Counted from the stretch's first letter, positions 32,394 to 43,104 are shown. The stretch is 55,598 nucleotides of DNA from Promethearchaeota archaeon (GCA_019057865.1 JAHLWP010000029.1:1-55598); one strand, 5' to 3'. Made by a program: numbers and translations. The notes: generated from the sequence alone by a model not told the origin.

Positions 32394-32749
32394 CTTTCTT
32401 TTTGTATTAGCATATATTGTTTTTTATTCTTAATTCTCTCAGATTGTATATATCCATTTATTTCTAATTTATGTAAATAACTACTTAAAGTGTTATAGGA
32501 ATTATACTTTCTTCTCTGTTCACATAAACTAAACATCTCTTTTTTCGTCATTTTTTTCTTTTTCTCTAATTGTGGTTTTAAAAAATCATTAAAAAACTTT
32601 TTTGGTATATATATCTCTTTCTTAGAATAATTCAGAATTTTCTTCATTTTGGTTAATTCTAATGAAAAATTTTCTGCAATTTTATTAAAACCCATAGAAA
32701 TATTATCTAATTTATTTATAATAGGCTTTAGATCCTTTTCGTCGGACAC
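32390..32749 (-). CDS. Small winged-helix protein, divergent from the dam-like gene
   Basis: YNTLSSYLHKLEINGYIQSERIKNKKQY wHTH pattern. Confidence 0.65.
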   Translation of the reverse strand: MSDEKDLKPIINKLDNISMGFNKIAENFSLELTKMKKILNYSKKEIYIPKKFFNDFLKPQLEKKKKMTKKEMFSLCEQRRKYNSYNTLSSYLHKLEINGYIQSERIKNKKQYMLIQKES

Positions 32750-32920
32750 ATTATTATAATAAATTAATATCTTAAAAAGTTACATGTAAATTTTTTAATT
32801 GTAAAATTAATATAAAAAATTGTATAATTAATAACCAAATATTTATATGTAACTTTATTAATAATACATAAAAAGGGTACTTTAAATATTTTTCTTTATA
32901 TAACATGAAAAGATTTTGAT

Positions 32921-33865
32921 ATGAAATATGGAGGGATCAAATTGTCGGATAAGGAAAAAATAATGTTTAGAGATATTACTCAAGATTTTTCCAAGAATAC
33001 TAGTAATTATACATTTTTGCTCCAAAAAAAAAAAAGAACTTTAAAAGGTGAAATCCCCCATCCATTTCTAAAATGGGCAGGAGGGAAGAGACAATTAATT
33101 TCACAGATGTATAAATATTTTCCAAAAAATTTTAATAAATACCTTGAACCATTTGTAGGTGGCGGAGCAGTTCTTTTTTATTTGAAACCAAAATTTTCAA
33201 CTATAATCGATATTAATAAAGAATTAATTAATTGCTACAAGGTTATAAAAAATAATGTAACAGAATTGATAAAATTATTAAAGACTCATAAAAATGAGAA
33301 AGATTATTATTATAAAGTAAGGGCATTAGATAGAGATGAAGAAAAATTTAAAAAACTATCCAATATAGAAAAAGCCTCAAGAATGATTTATTTGAATAGA
33401 TGTTGTTATAACGGTTTGTATAGAGTGAACAGTAAAGGACAATTCAATGTACCGTTTGGTAAATATAAAAATCCTAATTTCTGCGATGAGGAAAATCTAT
33501 TAGCTGTAAGTAAAGCATTAGAAAATGTTAAGATAATTCACGGTTCTTTTGAGCTTTGTTTGAATTATGCTGAAAAGGGTGACTTTGTTTATTTTGATCC
33601 TCCATATTACCCTATTTCGAAAACATCATCTTTTACGAGCTATACTAAAGAAAATTTTGGAGAAGATTCTCAACAAAAATTATTTTATGTTTTCAAAAAG
33701 CTGGATGAGTTTGGTTGTAAGCTTATGCTTAGTAATTCATATAATGAATATATTAAATCATTATATAAAGACTATAATATAATAACGCTGGGTGCCAGGA
33801 GAGTTATTAATTGTAAAGCTGCAAAAAGGGGAAATATAAACGTTTTGCTCATTTTAAATTATTAG
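32921..33865 (+). CDS. dam: Dam/DpnM-family DNA adenine methyltransferase
   Basis: FLKWAGGK, EPFVGGG, YNGLYRVNSKGQFNVPFG and DPPY motifs. Confidence 0.92.
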   Translation: MKYGGIKLSDKEKIMFRDITQDFSKNTSNYTFLLQKKKRTLKGEIPHPFLKWAGGKRQLISQMYKYFPKNFNKYLEPFVGGGAVLFYLKPKFSTIIDINKELINCYKVIKNNVTELIKLLKTHKNEKDYYYKVRALDRDEEKFKKLSNIEKASRMIYLNRCCYNGLYRVNSKGQFNVPFGKYKNPNFCDEENLLAVSKALENVKIIHGSFELCLNYAEKGDFVYFDPPYYPISKTSSFTSYTKENFGEDSQQKLFYVFKKLDEFGCKLMLSNSYNEYIKSLYKDYNIITLGARRVINCKAAKRGNINVLLILNY

Positions 33866-34007
33866 CAATAATATATTCTATTTTTGTAGAAAAAATAGGA
33901 ATCAGGAGAAAGAATCAAAAAGTTTATTATTCTATTATTTTCAATATATAATTAATAGACAGCGAATTACTTTTAAAGAAATTTTTTCTTAAAATTAAAA
34001 CCAAAAG

Positions 34008-34916
34008 ATGATTAAAATGAATTCTACAGATAGAAATATTGAAAATTCTGAAGATCCTATAAGGAGAGCTTATTTTTTCTTAAAGAACCATTCGCGATCA
34101 CCTGATGCATTTTCGAAAGAAGAATTTAAAATATTTGCTAATTATCCGAATCCAAATAATTTTGATACATATTTTTCAAAGAAATTCAAACAATTTTTAG
34201 AAGAAGCTCCAAATGAACCAAGTAAGTTCTTAGTTTCACGCATTTTTAAGAAATATTCTAAATGGGAAAAATTCAGGGCATTCTATTCCCAAAGTTCTAA
34301 GATTAAAGTAAATTATAATGAAGATTATTATAAAAATTTGATAATTTTTGAATTTTTTTTGCCCTTAGCTAATGAAATTGATTTAAGATCATCATTAGAC
34401 GAGCTCTTTTATAGAGATACTGTTAAATTAGCTTTAAAAAAAATTCCTAATGATGAAATAAATAGAGCATTCTCTAAAGAAGATGAAGAAACTGAAGAGC
34501 ATTATATAGAAAGGATATGTGATTGGATGTCTGAAAGATTTGGGGGGTATTCAATTGGTACTGTTAGAGGTAGATTTAAAACAGATGATTTAAAGACTTT
34601 TACTGAAGTGGCGATCATTAGATCTAGAGGACTTGATTATTTGATTGATGAGACTACTGCTATCGTACGCTTTATATTTTCTATTGGAAGTCCTATTAAA
34701 AATCAAGTTTTTTATAATATTGATCAGTTTAGTGAAAATGAAGATGAGTGTATTCACTCAGAAGAAAATATAGAAGAAGCAAATCAAATTAGATATATTT
34801 TTAAAAATCTATTTGTTAAAAGCATACTAGATTTAGTTAATGGTGAAGATGAGATTTGGATGCTTGAAAGGGGTATTAGAAATCGCTTATATATTTGGAG
34901 AATCGAAACTGCTTAA
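34008..34916 (+). CDS. Hypothetical protein in the RM island
   Basis: 302-aa ORF with no recognisable motif. Confidence 0.6.
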   Translation: MIKMNSTDRNIENSEDPIRRAYFFLKNHSRSPDAFSKEEFKIFANYPNPNNFDTYFSKKFKQFLEEAPNEPSKFLVSRIFKKYSKWEKFRAFYSQSSKIKVNYNEDYYKNLIIFEFFLPLANEIDLRSSLDELFYRDTVKLALKKIPNDEINRAFSKEDEETEEHYIERICDWMSERFGGYSIGTVRGRFKTDDLKTFTEVAIIRSRGLDYLIDETTAIVRFIFSIGSPIKNQVFYNIDQFSENEDECIHSEENIEEANQIRYIFKNLFVKSILDLVNGEDEIWMLERGIRNRLYIWRIETA

Positions 34917-34949
34917 AAAATAAAATTGTTGAACATCATCCTACCGTAC

Positions 34950-35519
34950 TTAATGGTTATCATTTTCTGGATAGGAGAGTCCGAAATTTTTATAAATAAA
35001 ATTTTTTAATTTTAATCGACCACTAAAATTCCAGTACCTGATATCTTGCTCAATAAACATCCATTTGATAATTTTCAGTAAAACATCAACATTTTCACCA
35101 GTAGAAAAATTTATTTTTTTTGCTTTTAGCCAATCTATAATGCGATCATCATCTTCACATATATAAATTTTTTCTATACCATTAAGGAGGATATTAAAAT
35201 TATAATGGTTTTCTTCCTGTTTATATTTTAAATCTTGAATTATATCCTGATAACTAGGCATTTTATTTAGATTAGATTTATTCCAATTCTCCATCCATAT
35301 TTGGAAATCAAATCCCATTTTATATTGAGCGGGTCTTATTAAATATAGTTTTCTTCCATCTGAAAATCTTTCCACAATGTATTTATATCTAGAAACAAAT
35401 TTTCCAGTGCCTCGCCCAGGATTTTCTTCCATAAATTTAAGTACAACATACTTTCTCAGCTCATTTCTTGAATTCATTTTAGGAAGGGTCCAGTCTATAA
35501 TTATGTAGGAATAGGGCAT
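34950..35519 (-). CDS. Hypothetical protein, candidate endonuclease associated with the methylase
   Basis: 189-aa ORF with KWMFIEQDIRYWNFSGR segment; function inferred from context only. Confidence 0.55.
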   Translation of the reverse strand: MPYSYIIIDWTLPKMNSRNELRKYVVLKFMEENPGRGTGKFVSRYKYIVERFSDGRKLYLIRPAQYKMGFDFQIWMENWNKSNLNKMPSYQDIIQDLKYKQEENHYNFNILLNGIEKIYICEDDDRIIDWLKAKKINFSTGENVDVLLKIIKWMFIEQDIRYWNFSGRLKLKNFIYKNFGLSYPENDNH

Positions 35520-35637
35520 TTTACATTCTCACTTGTTTATTGGAAATTCTTAATTAAATAATTCTATTATTATTTTATAATTAAAGTTTATAGGATTTAG
35601 CTTTAATGTCAAAAAATATTAATATTTATTAGTCTTC

Positions 35638-35909
35638 TTACCGTTTCTTCTTCCAATAACCGATAGGTGGTTTATCTATATTATATTTTTTCAAATTTCA
35701 CTTATCCTAGTATTTCCAATATTATAAATTTCTGCAATTTTATATAAAGGCATCTCCCAAACAAGTTTCTTAAGATTTTCTAAAAGTTCATCAGTTATTT
35801 TCAATTTTGCTCTTTCAATGCACGTTTGTTTCATTCCTTCTGATTTTTCTTTAGGTTTTTCAAAGATCTTTCTTTTTCTGGGCATGCTAAACTGATAATT
35901 TTTTATCAT
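35638..35909 (-). pseudogene. Frameshifted small HTH protein
   Basis: LVWEMPLYKIAEIYNIG...SEI, then a missing base (tg-aaa aaa tat). Restoring it gives CKKYNIDKPPIGYWKKKR*, completing an LVW..P...A...C....PP.GYW motif. Confidence 0.6.
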
Positions 35910-36052
35910 TTCATTGAATAACTATAAAAAAAGAAAAAACGAAATTTTTTCTTATGATTGATCTTTTTCCTCTGAAAATTTTATTAAATAAAGCAATTAT
36001 ATTTTTAATTAAACTGATTGTACTGAATGATTGATAAAAATTAGGGAGATGA

Positions 36053-38425
36053 ATGCAATTGGAACAAAGTTTTTATTATAATGAACGGATTTTACGAATG
36101 AAAGACAAAATGGTAATGCAACCACATGAAATTTGTATAGAAAGAGCTAAATTTTTTACTGAATCTTATAAAAAAACTAAAGGAGAACTTTCAGCTATTC
36201 GATTTGCGAAAGCTATGGACTATTTATTATCAAATATGACAATTAAAATTTGGGAAGATGAGTTTATAATTGGAAATCGATGCACTAAATTTGTGGGAAC
36301 TCCATTATACCCTGAGGTTCGAGTGGATACAATTGAATTAGATTTAGAACTATATAGTACACGTGATGTTCAGAGATTCTTATTATCTGAAGGAGATAAG
36401 GAAATTTTAAAGAATGAAATTATCCCGTACTGGAAGTCCGAGGAAACCACAGTAAAATCGAGATTTGATTCCTATTTAAGTCCTAAATTATATAATTTAA
36501 TGTTAATGATGCTTTATATTGTAGATGTAAACATCACAAATGGAATGGGACATTTTTTTCCTGGACATGAAAACGTGTTAAAAGAAGGATTTGAGGGCTT
36601 GATTCAGAAAGCAAAAACTAAATTGAATGAGGTTGCTAATAATAAAGAAAAAGTTAATTTCTTAAATTCTATTATTATCGTTTTAAATGGAGCTAAAAAA
36701 TTAATAAAAAGATTTTCTGTTTTAGCAAACGAAATGGCAGAAAATGAGCGAAATCCTAATCGAAAAAAGGAACTCAATGAAATTTCCTTAATTTGCTCTA
36801 ATATTGCAGTAAATGCTCCTAAAACATTTAAAGAAGCACTCCAATTAATTTATTTCACTCACGTTATAGCTGGTTTAGAAGATGGCGGATTTGCTATAAG
36901 TGTTGGAAGGCTAGATCAAATCTTATATCCATATTATATTAATGATAAAAAAACTGGCAAGATTACAGATGAAGAAGTACAATTTCTTATTGAATGTTTT
37001 TACATCAAACTTTCGACTTTATGGAATTATGTTCTTCATAAAGGAATTATCGCTGGAGAGGGTCCTCCAATAGCAGAAAATTTAACCATAGGAGGAATTG
37101 ATAAATTTGGTAATGATGCGACAAATGAATTATCTTATCTATTACTTGATTCATATAATCATTTAAAGACTATTCAACCAGCTTTTTCTATTCGAGTTCA
37201 TGAAAAGACCCCAGATAAATTATTAATAAGAGCTGGAGAAGCAATCAAATCTGGAACTAGTATGGCCTTATTTAATGATATAGTTATGATTCCAGGGTTA
37301 CATCAACTGGGATATTCTCTTGAAGATGCCCAAGAATATGCTCCCATAGGATGTGTAGAGCCTGCGCATCCATATAAATCCTTTGGGTGTACTAATGCAA
37401 GTCAATTAAATATAGTAAAAGTTTTAGAATTAACGCTCAATAATGGAACTGATATGTTTACAAAAAAGAAATATGGGGTTGAAAATACAAAGAAAATCAA
37501 TTCATATGAAGATTTATTGGACAATTTTGCAAATCAACTTAGATTTTTTATGGGTTCTATGGTTGAAACAATGAAATCTCTTGAGAGAGCAATCGCTGAA
37601 CTTAATCCCCAACCCTTTCTATCAGCTACTACAGACGATTGTTTAGATCGAGGTCTTGATATAACAAGTGGAGGAGCAATTTATGATTTTACTACAACTC
37701 AATTAATAGGTCTAGCAACTGTGGCTGATAGTTTAGCAGTTATTAAAAAAATTGTATTTGAAGATGAACTTCTATCATTTGAAGAATTAATTCAAATGCT
37801 ATTAAAAAACTATAGAGGCATTTATAGAGGAAAAAAAGGGGAAGAATGGAGACAAATTTTTATTAATAAGGTCCCTAAGTTTGGAAATGATAATGATTAT
37901 GTTGATTCTATTGCTTATGATGTTGCAAAATTATTTTGTGATGAGCTATTGAATTATAAGAATTTTCGTGGAGGCAATTATAATCCTGGAATTTACTCTA
38001 CATCTTTTCACCTAGCATTAGGTGTGTTTACAGCAGCTTCTGCAAATGGTCGGAAATCAAGAGATCATTTATCGAATGGGGTTGGTCCTACAAATGGAAT
38101 GGATAAAAATGGTCCTACAGCAATTCTTAATTCTATTATGAAACTAGAAAATGAGTTAATGACTAATGGAAATTCAACGATTTTATCTTTTCATCCTAAA
38201 ACAATGAAACCCCAGATATTTCTTTCAGTCATACGCACATTTTTTCAACTTAATGGCGGATATCATATTCAATTTAACGTAATTGGTAAAGATACTCTAT
38301 GTGATGCACAAAAAAATCCTGAAAAATACCCTGGCTTAGTTGTAAGAATTGCTGGTTATCCTGTCCTTTTCAATGAATTATCTAAAACCGCCCAAGATGA
38401 TATAATTGCTCGAACTGAGTATTAA
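36053..38425 (+). CDS. Glycyl radical enzyme (PFL2/eliminase-like)
   Basis: GCVEP Cys loop, KFGND, HIQFN and VVRIAGY Gly loop. Confidence 0.92.
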   Translation: MQLEQSFYYNERILRMKDKMVMQPHEICIERAKFFTESYKKTKGELSAIRFAKAMDYLLSNMTIKIWEDEFIIGNRCTKFVGTPLYPEVRVDTIELDLELYSTRDVQRFLLSEGDKEILKNEIIPYWKSEETTVKSRFDSYLSPKLYNLMLMMLYIVDVNITNGMGHFFPGHENVLKEGFEGLIQKAKTKLNEVANNKEKVNFLNSIIIVLNGAKKLIKRFSVLANEMAENERNPNRKKELNEISLICSNIAVNAPKTFKEALQLIYFTHVIAGLEDGGFAISVGRLDQILYPYYINDKKTGKITDEEVQFLIECFYIKLSTLWNYVLHKGIIAGEGPPIAENLTIGGIDKFGNDATNELSYLLLDSYNHLKTIQPAFSIRVHEKTPDKLLIRAGEAIKSGTSMALFNDIVMIPGLHQLGYSLEDAQEYAPIGCVEPAHPYKSFGCTNASQLNIVKVLELTLNNGTDMFTKKKYGVENTKKINSYEDLLDNFANQLRFFMGSMVETMKSLERAIAELNPQPFLSATTDDCLDRGLDITSGGAIYDFTTTQLIGLATVADSLAVIKKIVFEDELLSFEELIQMLLKNYRGIYRGKKGEEWRQIFINKVPKFGNDNDYVDSIAYDVAKLFCDELLNYKNFRGGNYNPGIYSTSFHLALGVFTAASANGRKSRDHLSNGVGPTNGMDKNGPTAILNSIMKLENELMTNGNSTILSFHPKTMKPQIFLSVIRTFFQLNGGYHIQFNVIGKDTLCDAQKNPEKYPGLVVRIAGYPVLFNELSKTAQDDIIARTEY

Positions 38426-38512
38426 TCTCATTTTCATTTAATATTTAAGAAAAATAATAAAAAATTTTAGTTATTCTGATTTTTAAAATATAAAAATATA
38501 ACAATTATAATT

Positions 38513-38584
38513 GGGCCTGTAGATCAGTGGAAGATCGCTTGATTCGCATTCAAGAGGTCGCGGGTTCAATTCCCGCCGGGTCCA
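38513..38584 (+). tRNA. tRNA-Ala(CGC)
   Basis: Cloverleaf with GGGCCTG/CGGGTCC acceptor stem containing G3:U70, anticodon loop TT-CGC-AT, T-loop GTTCAAT. Confidence 0.93.
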
Positions 38585-38617
38585 TTCTATTGAATAATCA
38601 TCTAAAAAGGATTAATA

Positions 38618-41218
38618 ATGGAAAAAGAAAACAAGTATCCAAAAAGATTTAAATTTAAAGAAATTCAAGAAAAATGGATAAAGTATTGGGCAGATTTAAA
38701 AATATATGCATTTGATAAAGATCGAAACGATGAAATTTTTACAATTGATACACCACCTCCATTTGTTAGTGGAATTCTACATATAGGACAATATTTAAAT
38801 TATGCTTGGATCGATTTTGTGGCACGTTACCATCGGATGAAGGGCGATAATGTGTATTTTCCACAAGGTTGGGATTGCCATGGTCTCCCAGTAGAGCTCG
38901 CTGTCCAAAGAAGTTATGGAATCTCAAAAGATGATAGAGAAAGCTTCTTAGAGAAATGTAAAGAGTGGGTAGAAAATAATATTGAAAATATGACAAGACA
39001 ATTAGATGAATTAGGATATTCTACTGATTGGGAATATGTTTATAGGACTATGAATGATGATTACAAAAAAAAAGTTCAAATCTCTCTCTTAGATTTCTAT
39101 GAAAAAGGTTTACTTTACAGAGAAAAATTTCCGATTCATTTTTGTGTTAATTGCGAAACATCTGTCGCAAAAGCAGAAGTGAGCTACCAAGAGGAAGAAG
39201 GAAAATTGTGGTATATAAAATTGCCAATTGTAGGTAGAGATAATGAGTTTGTTACTATAGCTACGACGCGCCCTGAATACATGGAAGCATGTGTTGCTGT
39301 AATTGTTCATCCAAATGATGAACGATATTATGATCTTTCTGCCGCTGAAATAGAAATTCCATTTACGAACCGTACTGTTCGAGTTTTTAACGATAAAACA
39401 GTTGATATGAATTTTGGTACTGGTGTTGTTTACGTTTGCACTTATGGAGATGAGATGGATATTAAATGGAAAATTGAATATGATCTAGATGAGATTACAA
39501 TTTTTACTGAAGATGGTCATATGAATGAAATTTCAAAATATCACGGTTTAACTATTATGGAAGCTCGAGAACAAATAGTTAAAGATCTTGATAAAGAAGG
39601 ATTAATAGAAAAAATTGAAGATTATGAACATAATTTAATAATTCATTCGGAACGTCCGTCTTGTAGAAAACCTATAGAATATCTACCTGTATATCAGTGG
39701 TTTATAAATGTCAAGGATTTTAAGGATGAAATTATTGAATCTGGAGAATTTATGAAATGGTATCCTGAAAAACAAAAACAAAGATTAATAGATTGGGCAG
39801 AAGGTTTAGATTGGAATTGGGTGATTTCACGTCAGCGTGTTTTTGGTACTCCTATCCCCTTTTGGTATTGTAAAGATTGTGGTGAAATTATACCACCAAT
39901 AGGGGAGGATTTACCATTAGACCCTGTGAAAGTTTCACCCCCAGTTAAAGAATGTCCTAAATGTAAGAGTAAAAATATTATTGGTGAAAAAGATGTTTGC
40001 GATTGTTGGATTGATTCTAGTATTACTCCCTTAGAAATATCAAAATGGAGGGAAGATGATGAATTTTTTAAAAGAACATATTTGGATGCTAAAGTTCATC
40101 GTCCTCAAGGATATGAAATTATACGTACTTGGTTGTTTTACACTTTGTTTCGTTGTAAAGTTTTAACTGGAAAAGCTCCTTTTTATGAAGCAATGATTAA
40201 TGGAATGGTTGCCGGTCCAGATGGAAGACATATGTCAAAAAGTTTTGGAAATTCCATTGCGCCAGAGGAGGTTATGCCAGAATTTGGTACTGATGCAATT
40301 CGATATTGGACAGCAATGGGTTCTTTGGGTGATGACTATCCTTTTGAATTTACTTGGATAGATCTTCAAACAAAAAAACCTATGTCAAATGAATTTATTT
40401 TAGCAGAAAGACAAAAGCTTCTAGAAAGTAAATTTAATAAGAAATATCGGCGAAGGTTTGAACAATTAATTGGTGCTTCAAGATTTTTAACTAAAATCTG
40501 GAATGCGTATAGATTTTTATATTTAAATTTAAATAAGATAAAAATCACAGATATTGAAATTAATACTAAGGATTTATCGGCGATTGACACCTATTTCTTT
40601 TCAGAGTTTAACAAGAATTTAGATTTGATTACGAATTATTTCGATGGATATAATTGGCATGGGGCCACGATGATTTTACGTACTTTTTTTTGGAATGAAA
40701 TTTGCGATAATTATATTGAAGCAATAAAGTATAAATTTTATTCTGAAGACAAACAAACAAGAGAAATTTCTCTAAAGAATGCCTTAAACCTTTTTTACAG
40801 ATTACTAAACATTTCTTCTGTTATAATGCCATTTATTTCAGAAGAAATATATTCAATTCTTTTTAAAAAATACACAAATCTAAAATCAATTCATTTAGAG
40901 AAATGGCCGATAAAATATGAAAATATCTCTGAAGAATTAGCTGGGAGAGGCAAATTAGGTATTGAAATAATGAAGTTTCTAAGAATGAATAAATCAAAAC
41001 TTCAAATACCGTTAAATCAAGAAATTTCGAAAGTATTCATTTTAACTGAAGAAAATCAGATGAGAGACCTTAAAAACTTAAAAGAAGATATTAAAAATAC
41101 AATTAGAATAGATGAATTAAAGATAGTCGATAAATCATTGGAAAATTCTATTAAAGAAAAACCAGATCTTAAACAAGAAGTTAAAGATTTAAACATTTCG
41201 GTTTATATTTTTAAATAA
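38618..41218 (+). CDS. valS: Valyl-tRNA synthetase (archaeal type)
   Basis: DTPPP, HIGQ (HIGH variant), ATTRPE, WVISRQR and HMSKS motifs. Confidence 0.93.
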   Translation: MEKENKYPKRFKFKEIQEKWIKYWADLKIYAFDKDRNDEIFTIDTPPPFVSGILHIGQYLNYAWIDFVARYHRMKGDNVYFPQGWDCHGLPVELAVQRSYGISKDDRESFLEKCKEWVENNIENMTRQLDELGYSTDWEYVYRTMNDDYKKKVQISLLDFYEKGLLYREKFPIHFCVNCETSVAKAEVSYQEEEGKLWYIKLPIVGRDNEFVTIATTRPEYMEACVAVIVHPNDERYYDLSAAEIEIPFTNRTVRVFNDKTVDMNFGTGVVYVCTYGDEMDIKWKIEYDLDEITIFTEDGHMNEISKYHGLTIMEAREQIVKDLDKEGLIEKIEDYEHNLIIHSERPSCRKPIEYLPVYQWFINVKDFKDEIIESGEFMKWYPEKQKQRLIDWAEGLDWNWVISRQRVFGTPIPFWYCKDCGEIIPPIGEDLPLDPVKVSPPVKECPKCKSKNIIGEKDVCDCWIDSSITPLEISKWREDDEFFKRTYLDAKVHRPQGYEIIRTWLFYTLFRCKVLTGKAPFYEAMINGMVAGPDGRHMSKSFGNSIAPEEVMPEFGTDAIRYWTAMGSLGDDYPFEFTWIDLQTKKPMSNEFILAERQKLLESKFNKKYRRRFEQLIGASRFLTKIWNAYRFLYLNLNKIKITDIEINTKDLSAIDTYFFSEFNKNLDLITNYFDGYNWHGATMILRTFFWNEICDNYIEAIKYKFYSEDKQTREISLKNALNLFYRLLNISSVIMPFISEEIYSILFKKYTNLKSIHLEKWPIKYENISEELAGRGKLGIEIMKFLRMNKSKLQIPLNQEISKVFILTEENQMRDLKNLKEDIKNTIRIDELKIVDKSLENSIKEKPDLKQEVKDLNISVYIFK

Positions 41219-41245
41219 AATAAATTTGTCCATATCAAATTTTTA

Positions 41246-42064
41246 TTATTCTTTATTTTCTCCTGGTTGTTCATTTTTTCCTTCTTCCTCAACTCCTAAC
41301 TGGGTGACCATAGCTTTTTTCAATTGACTTATATTTTTTGGTAACCCAAACATATCAGCATATTTATCAGTAGTAGTTAATTCTTGAGATCTTCCTTTTT
41401 TTACTGCATTTACGAACCCATTATCAATAAGATATTTTACATGTTCATAAGCTCCAGTTCCTCTTAATTTTACTACTGTTGATTTTAATATTGGTTGCTT
41501 TAAAGCTATTACAGTCAAAGTTCTCAAATAACGTTCTGCAATAGCTCCACCTTTAGCAAATTTTGATACTTTTTCCGTATATTCAGGTCTTATCTGCATT
41601 TGATACCTATCCCCAATTTGTGCTATTATCAATGCAGTGGAGCGATCTAAATAATCAAATGCTATTTCATTGGTTAATTCTTCCACTTCTTTTTTAGGTA
41701 ATTCTAATTTTGTTGATAGTTCTTCAATATTTAAAGGTCGACCAGCGGCATATAAGGAAGCTTCAATTAAATTTCGATGAAATTCACTTACCTGCCTTTT
41801 TAACAATTCTTCATCCAATTCTTCAACTTCTATAGATTCTCCTTCAATAATAGAATCTACCTTTTTTATCATCAAAAGTTCAGTATCAATTTCATCTACT
41901 TCATCAGTAATATTATTTTCAGAAACAACTTCAAATTCTTCTTCATTCTTTTCAGTTTTGGTAATTTCGTCTAATTCTTCATCAAGATCTTCGGAAACTT
42001 CTTCTAAATCTTCAATAGGTTCTTTATCTAAATTATTATCTAAATTCTCGTTAGAATTATTCAT
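41246..42064 (-). CDS. scpB: Condensin kite subunit ScpB with acidic N-terminal extension
   Basis: IEASLYAAGRPL, TLTVIALKQPI, LRG..AYEHVK.L, TT.KYADMFG. Confidence 0.9.
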   Translation of the reverse strand: MNNSNENLDNNLDKEPIEDLEEVSEDLDEELDEITKTEKNEEEFEVVSENNITDEVDEIDTELLMIKKVDSIIEGESIEVEELDEELLKRQVSEFHRNLIEASLYAAGRPLNIEELSTKLELPKKEVEELTNEIAFDYLDRSTALIIAQIGDRYQMQIRPEYTEKVSKFAKGGAIAERYLRTLTVIALKQPILKSTVVKLRGTGAYEHVKYLIDNGFVNAVKKGRSQELTTTDKYADMFGLPKNISQLKKAMVTQLGVEEEGKNEQPGENKE

Positions 42065-42091
42065 ATTAAAAATTTTTAATTTTTAATTTTA

Positions 42092-43090
42092 CTATCTAGT
42101 AATTACAGAAATATCTTTAAAATCTTCATTTTGAGATAAAGTCAATTTATTTCCATTGGATAAAAACATTAATGCTAAAAACATCCTTACTAAGGCAAAT
42201 TTCCTGCCAATATCACTTTCTTCTTCAGTTTTAATAATATCAGTTAAGTTATAAAAACTAGTTGGTTTATTGTCTAAATCAATTGTAGCTTTTATACGAT
42301 TGAGCCATGATTCGTGTAATTCTTGTATTGTTTGATCTTTTCCACTGATATGTTTTAAGAGTTCCCTTGGTAATTGTGCTTTAGATTTTATTTGTAGTCT
42401 TTGTTGCTTTAATTCTTCCTTTCTCATTTGTCTTCTTCTTATTTTTTCCTTATTTTGCATTACTTCTATGATTGCAGATCTCATTGCATCAAATAATTCA
42501 TCTTTCGTAGCTATTTGCATTTTAGGTTGTATAGGTTGTGGTAATGCTTTTGGAATGGATCGAGCATGTCTTTCTCTAAATTTTTTTAATTCTTCCATTT
42601 TCTGTATTTGTTCTTCTTCTCTGATAATGCTTGAAATTTTATAATGATGCAAACTTGCTGATGTTTTAAGTGCAATACCAGATATTTTATAATTAATTAA
42701 ATCCTCGTGAAGCATATTGTCAAAAAATTTATCAACTAAACTAGCCAAATCATAAAATGCAATTTCCGACTCTTTTGCCAACTCAGGATCTAATAAACTT
42801 GAATAGGGTGGCTTTTGCCAAAATTTCAATTCCATCTTTTCTTTTCTTAATAAAGCAAGATCCTCTTCTTCATCAAATCCAGCAACTAGTTCTTCTTCAA
42901 GTTCTTCTGGTTCTTGAGACCTATCGACAAATTCAGGATGAGAAACAATTTTTTCAAGTAATTCGATAATATCTTTCTTTTTAGACTTTGATGGTATTTT
43001 AATATTATTCTTACTAGCGAATTCTCTTAATTCCTTTACTGTCCATTGAGTAAAATTAAATTTATTATGTAAATCTTGCTTTTCTGATAT
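42092..43090 (-). CDS. scpA: Kleisin ScpA with N-terminal HeH (Rho-N/SAP-like) domain; probable ATA start at 43090 (first ATG at 42835)
   Basis: Lies between the smc remnant and scpB; C-terminal FLALMFL...L.Q.EDF. An 85-codon open in-frame extension begins AGGTGA-6nt-ATA. Confidence 0.8.
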   Translation of the reverse strand: MSEKQDLHNKFNFTQWTVKELREFASKNNIKIPSKSKKKDIIELLEKIVSHPEFVDRSQEPEELEEELVAGFDEEEDLALLRKEKMELKFWQKPPYSSLLDPELAKESEIAFYDLASLVDKFFDNMLHEDLINYKISGIALKTSASLHHYKISSIIREEEQIQKMEELKKFRERHARSIPKALPQPIQPKMQIATKDELFDAMRSAIIEVMQNKEKIRRRQMRKEELKQQRLQIKSKAQLPRELLKHISGKDQTIQELHESWLNRIKATIDLDNKPTSFYNLTDIIKTEEESDIGRKFALVRMFLALMFLSNGNKLTLSQNEDFKDISVITR

Positions 43091-43104
43091 TTTTTCTCAC
43101 CTTT

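Noticed and set aside
38513-38584. tRNA-Ala as integration site of either island
   Set aside because: No duplicated tRNA 3' end seen, and its flanks are ordinary metabolic/housekeeping genes.
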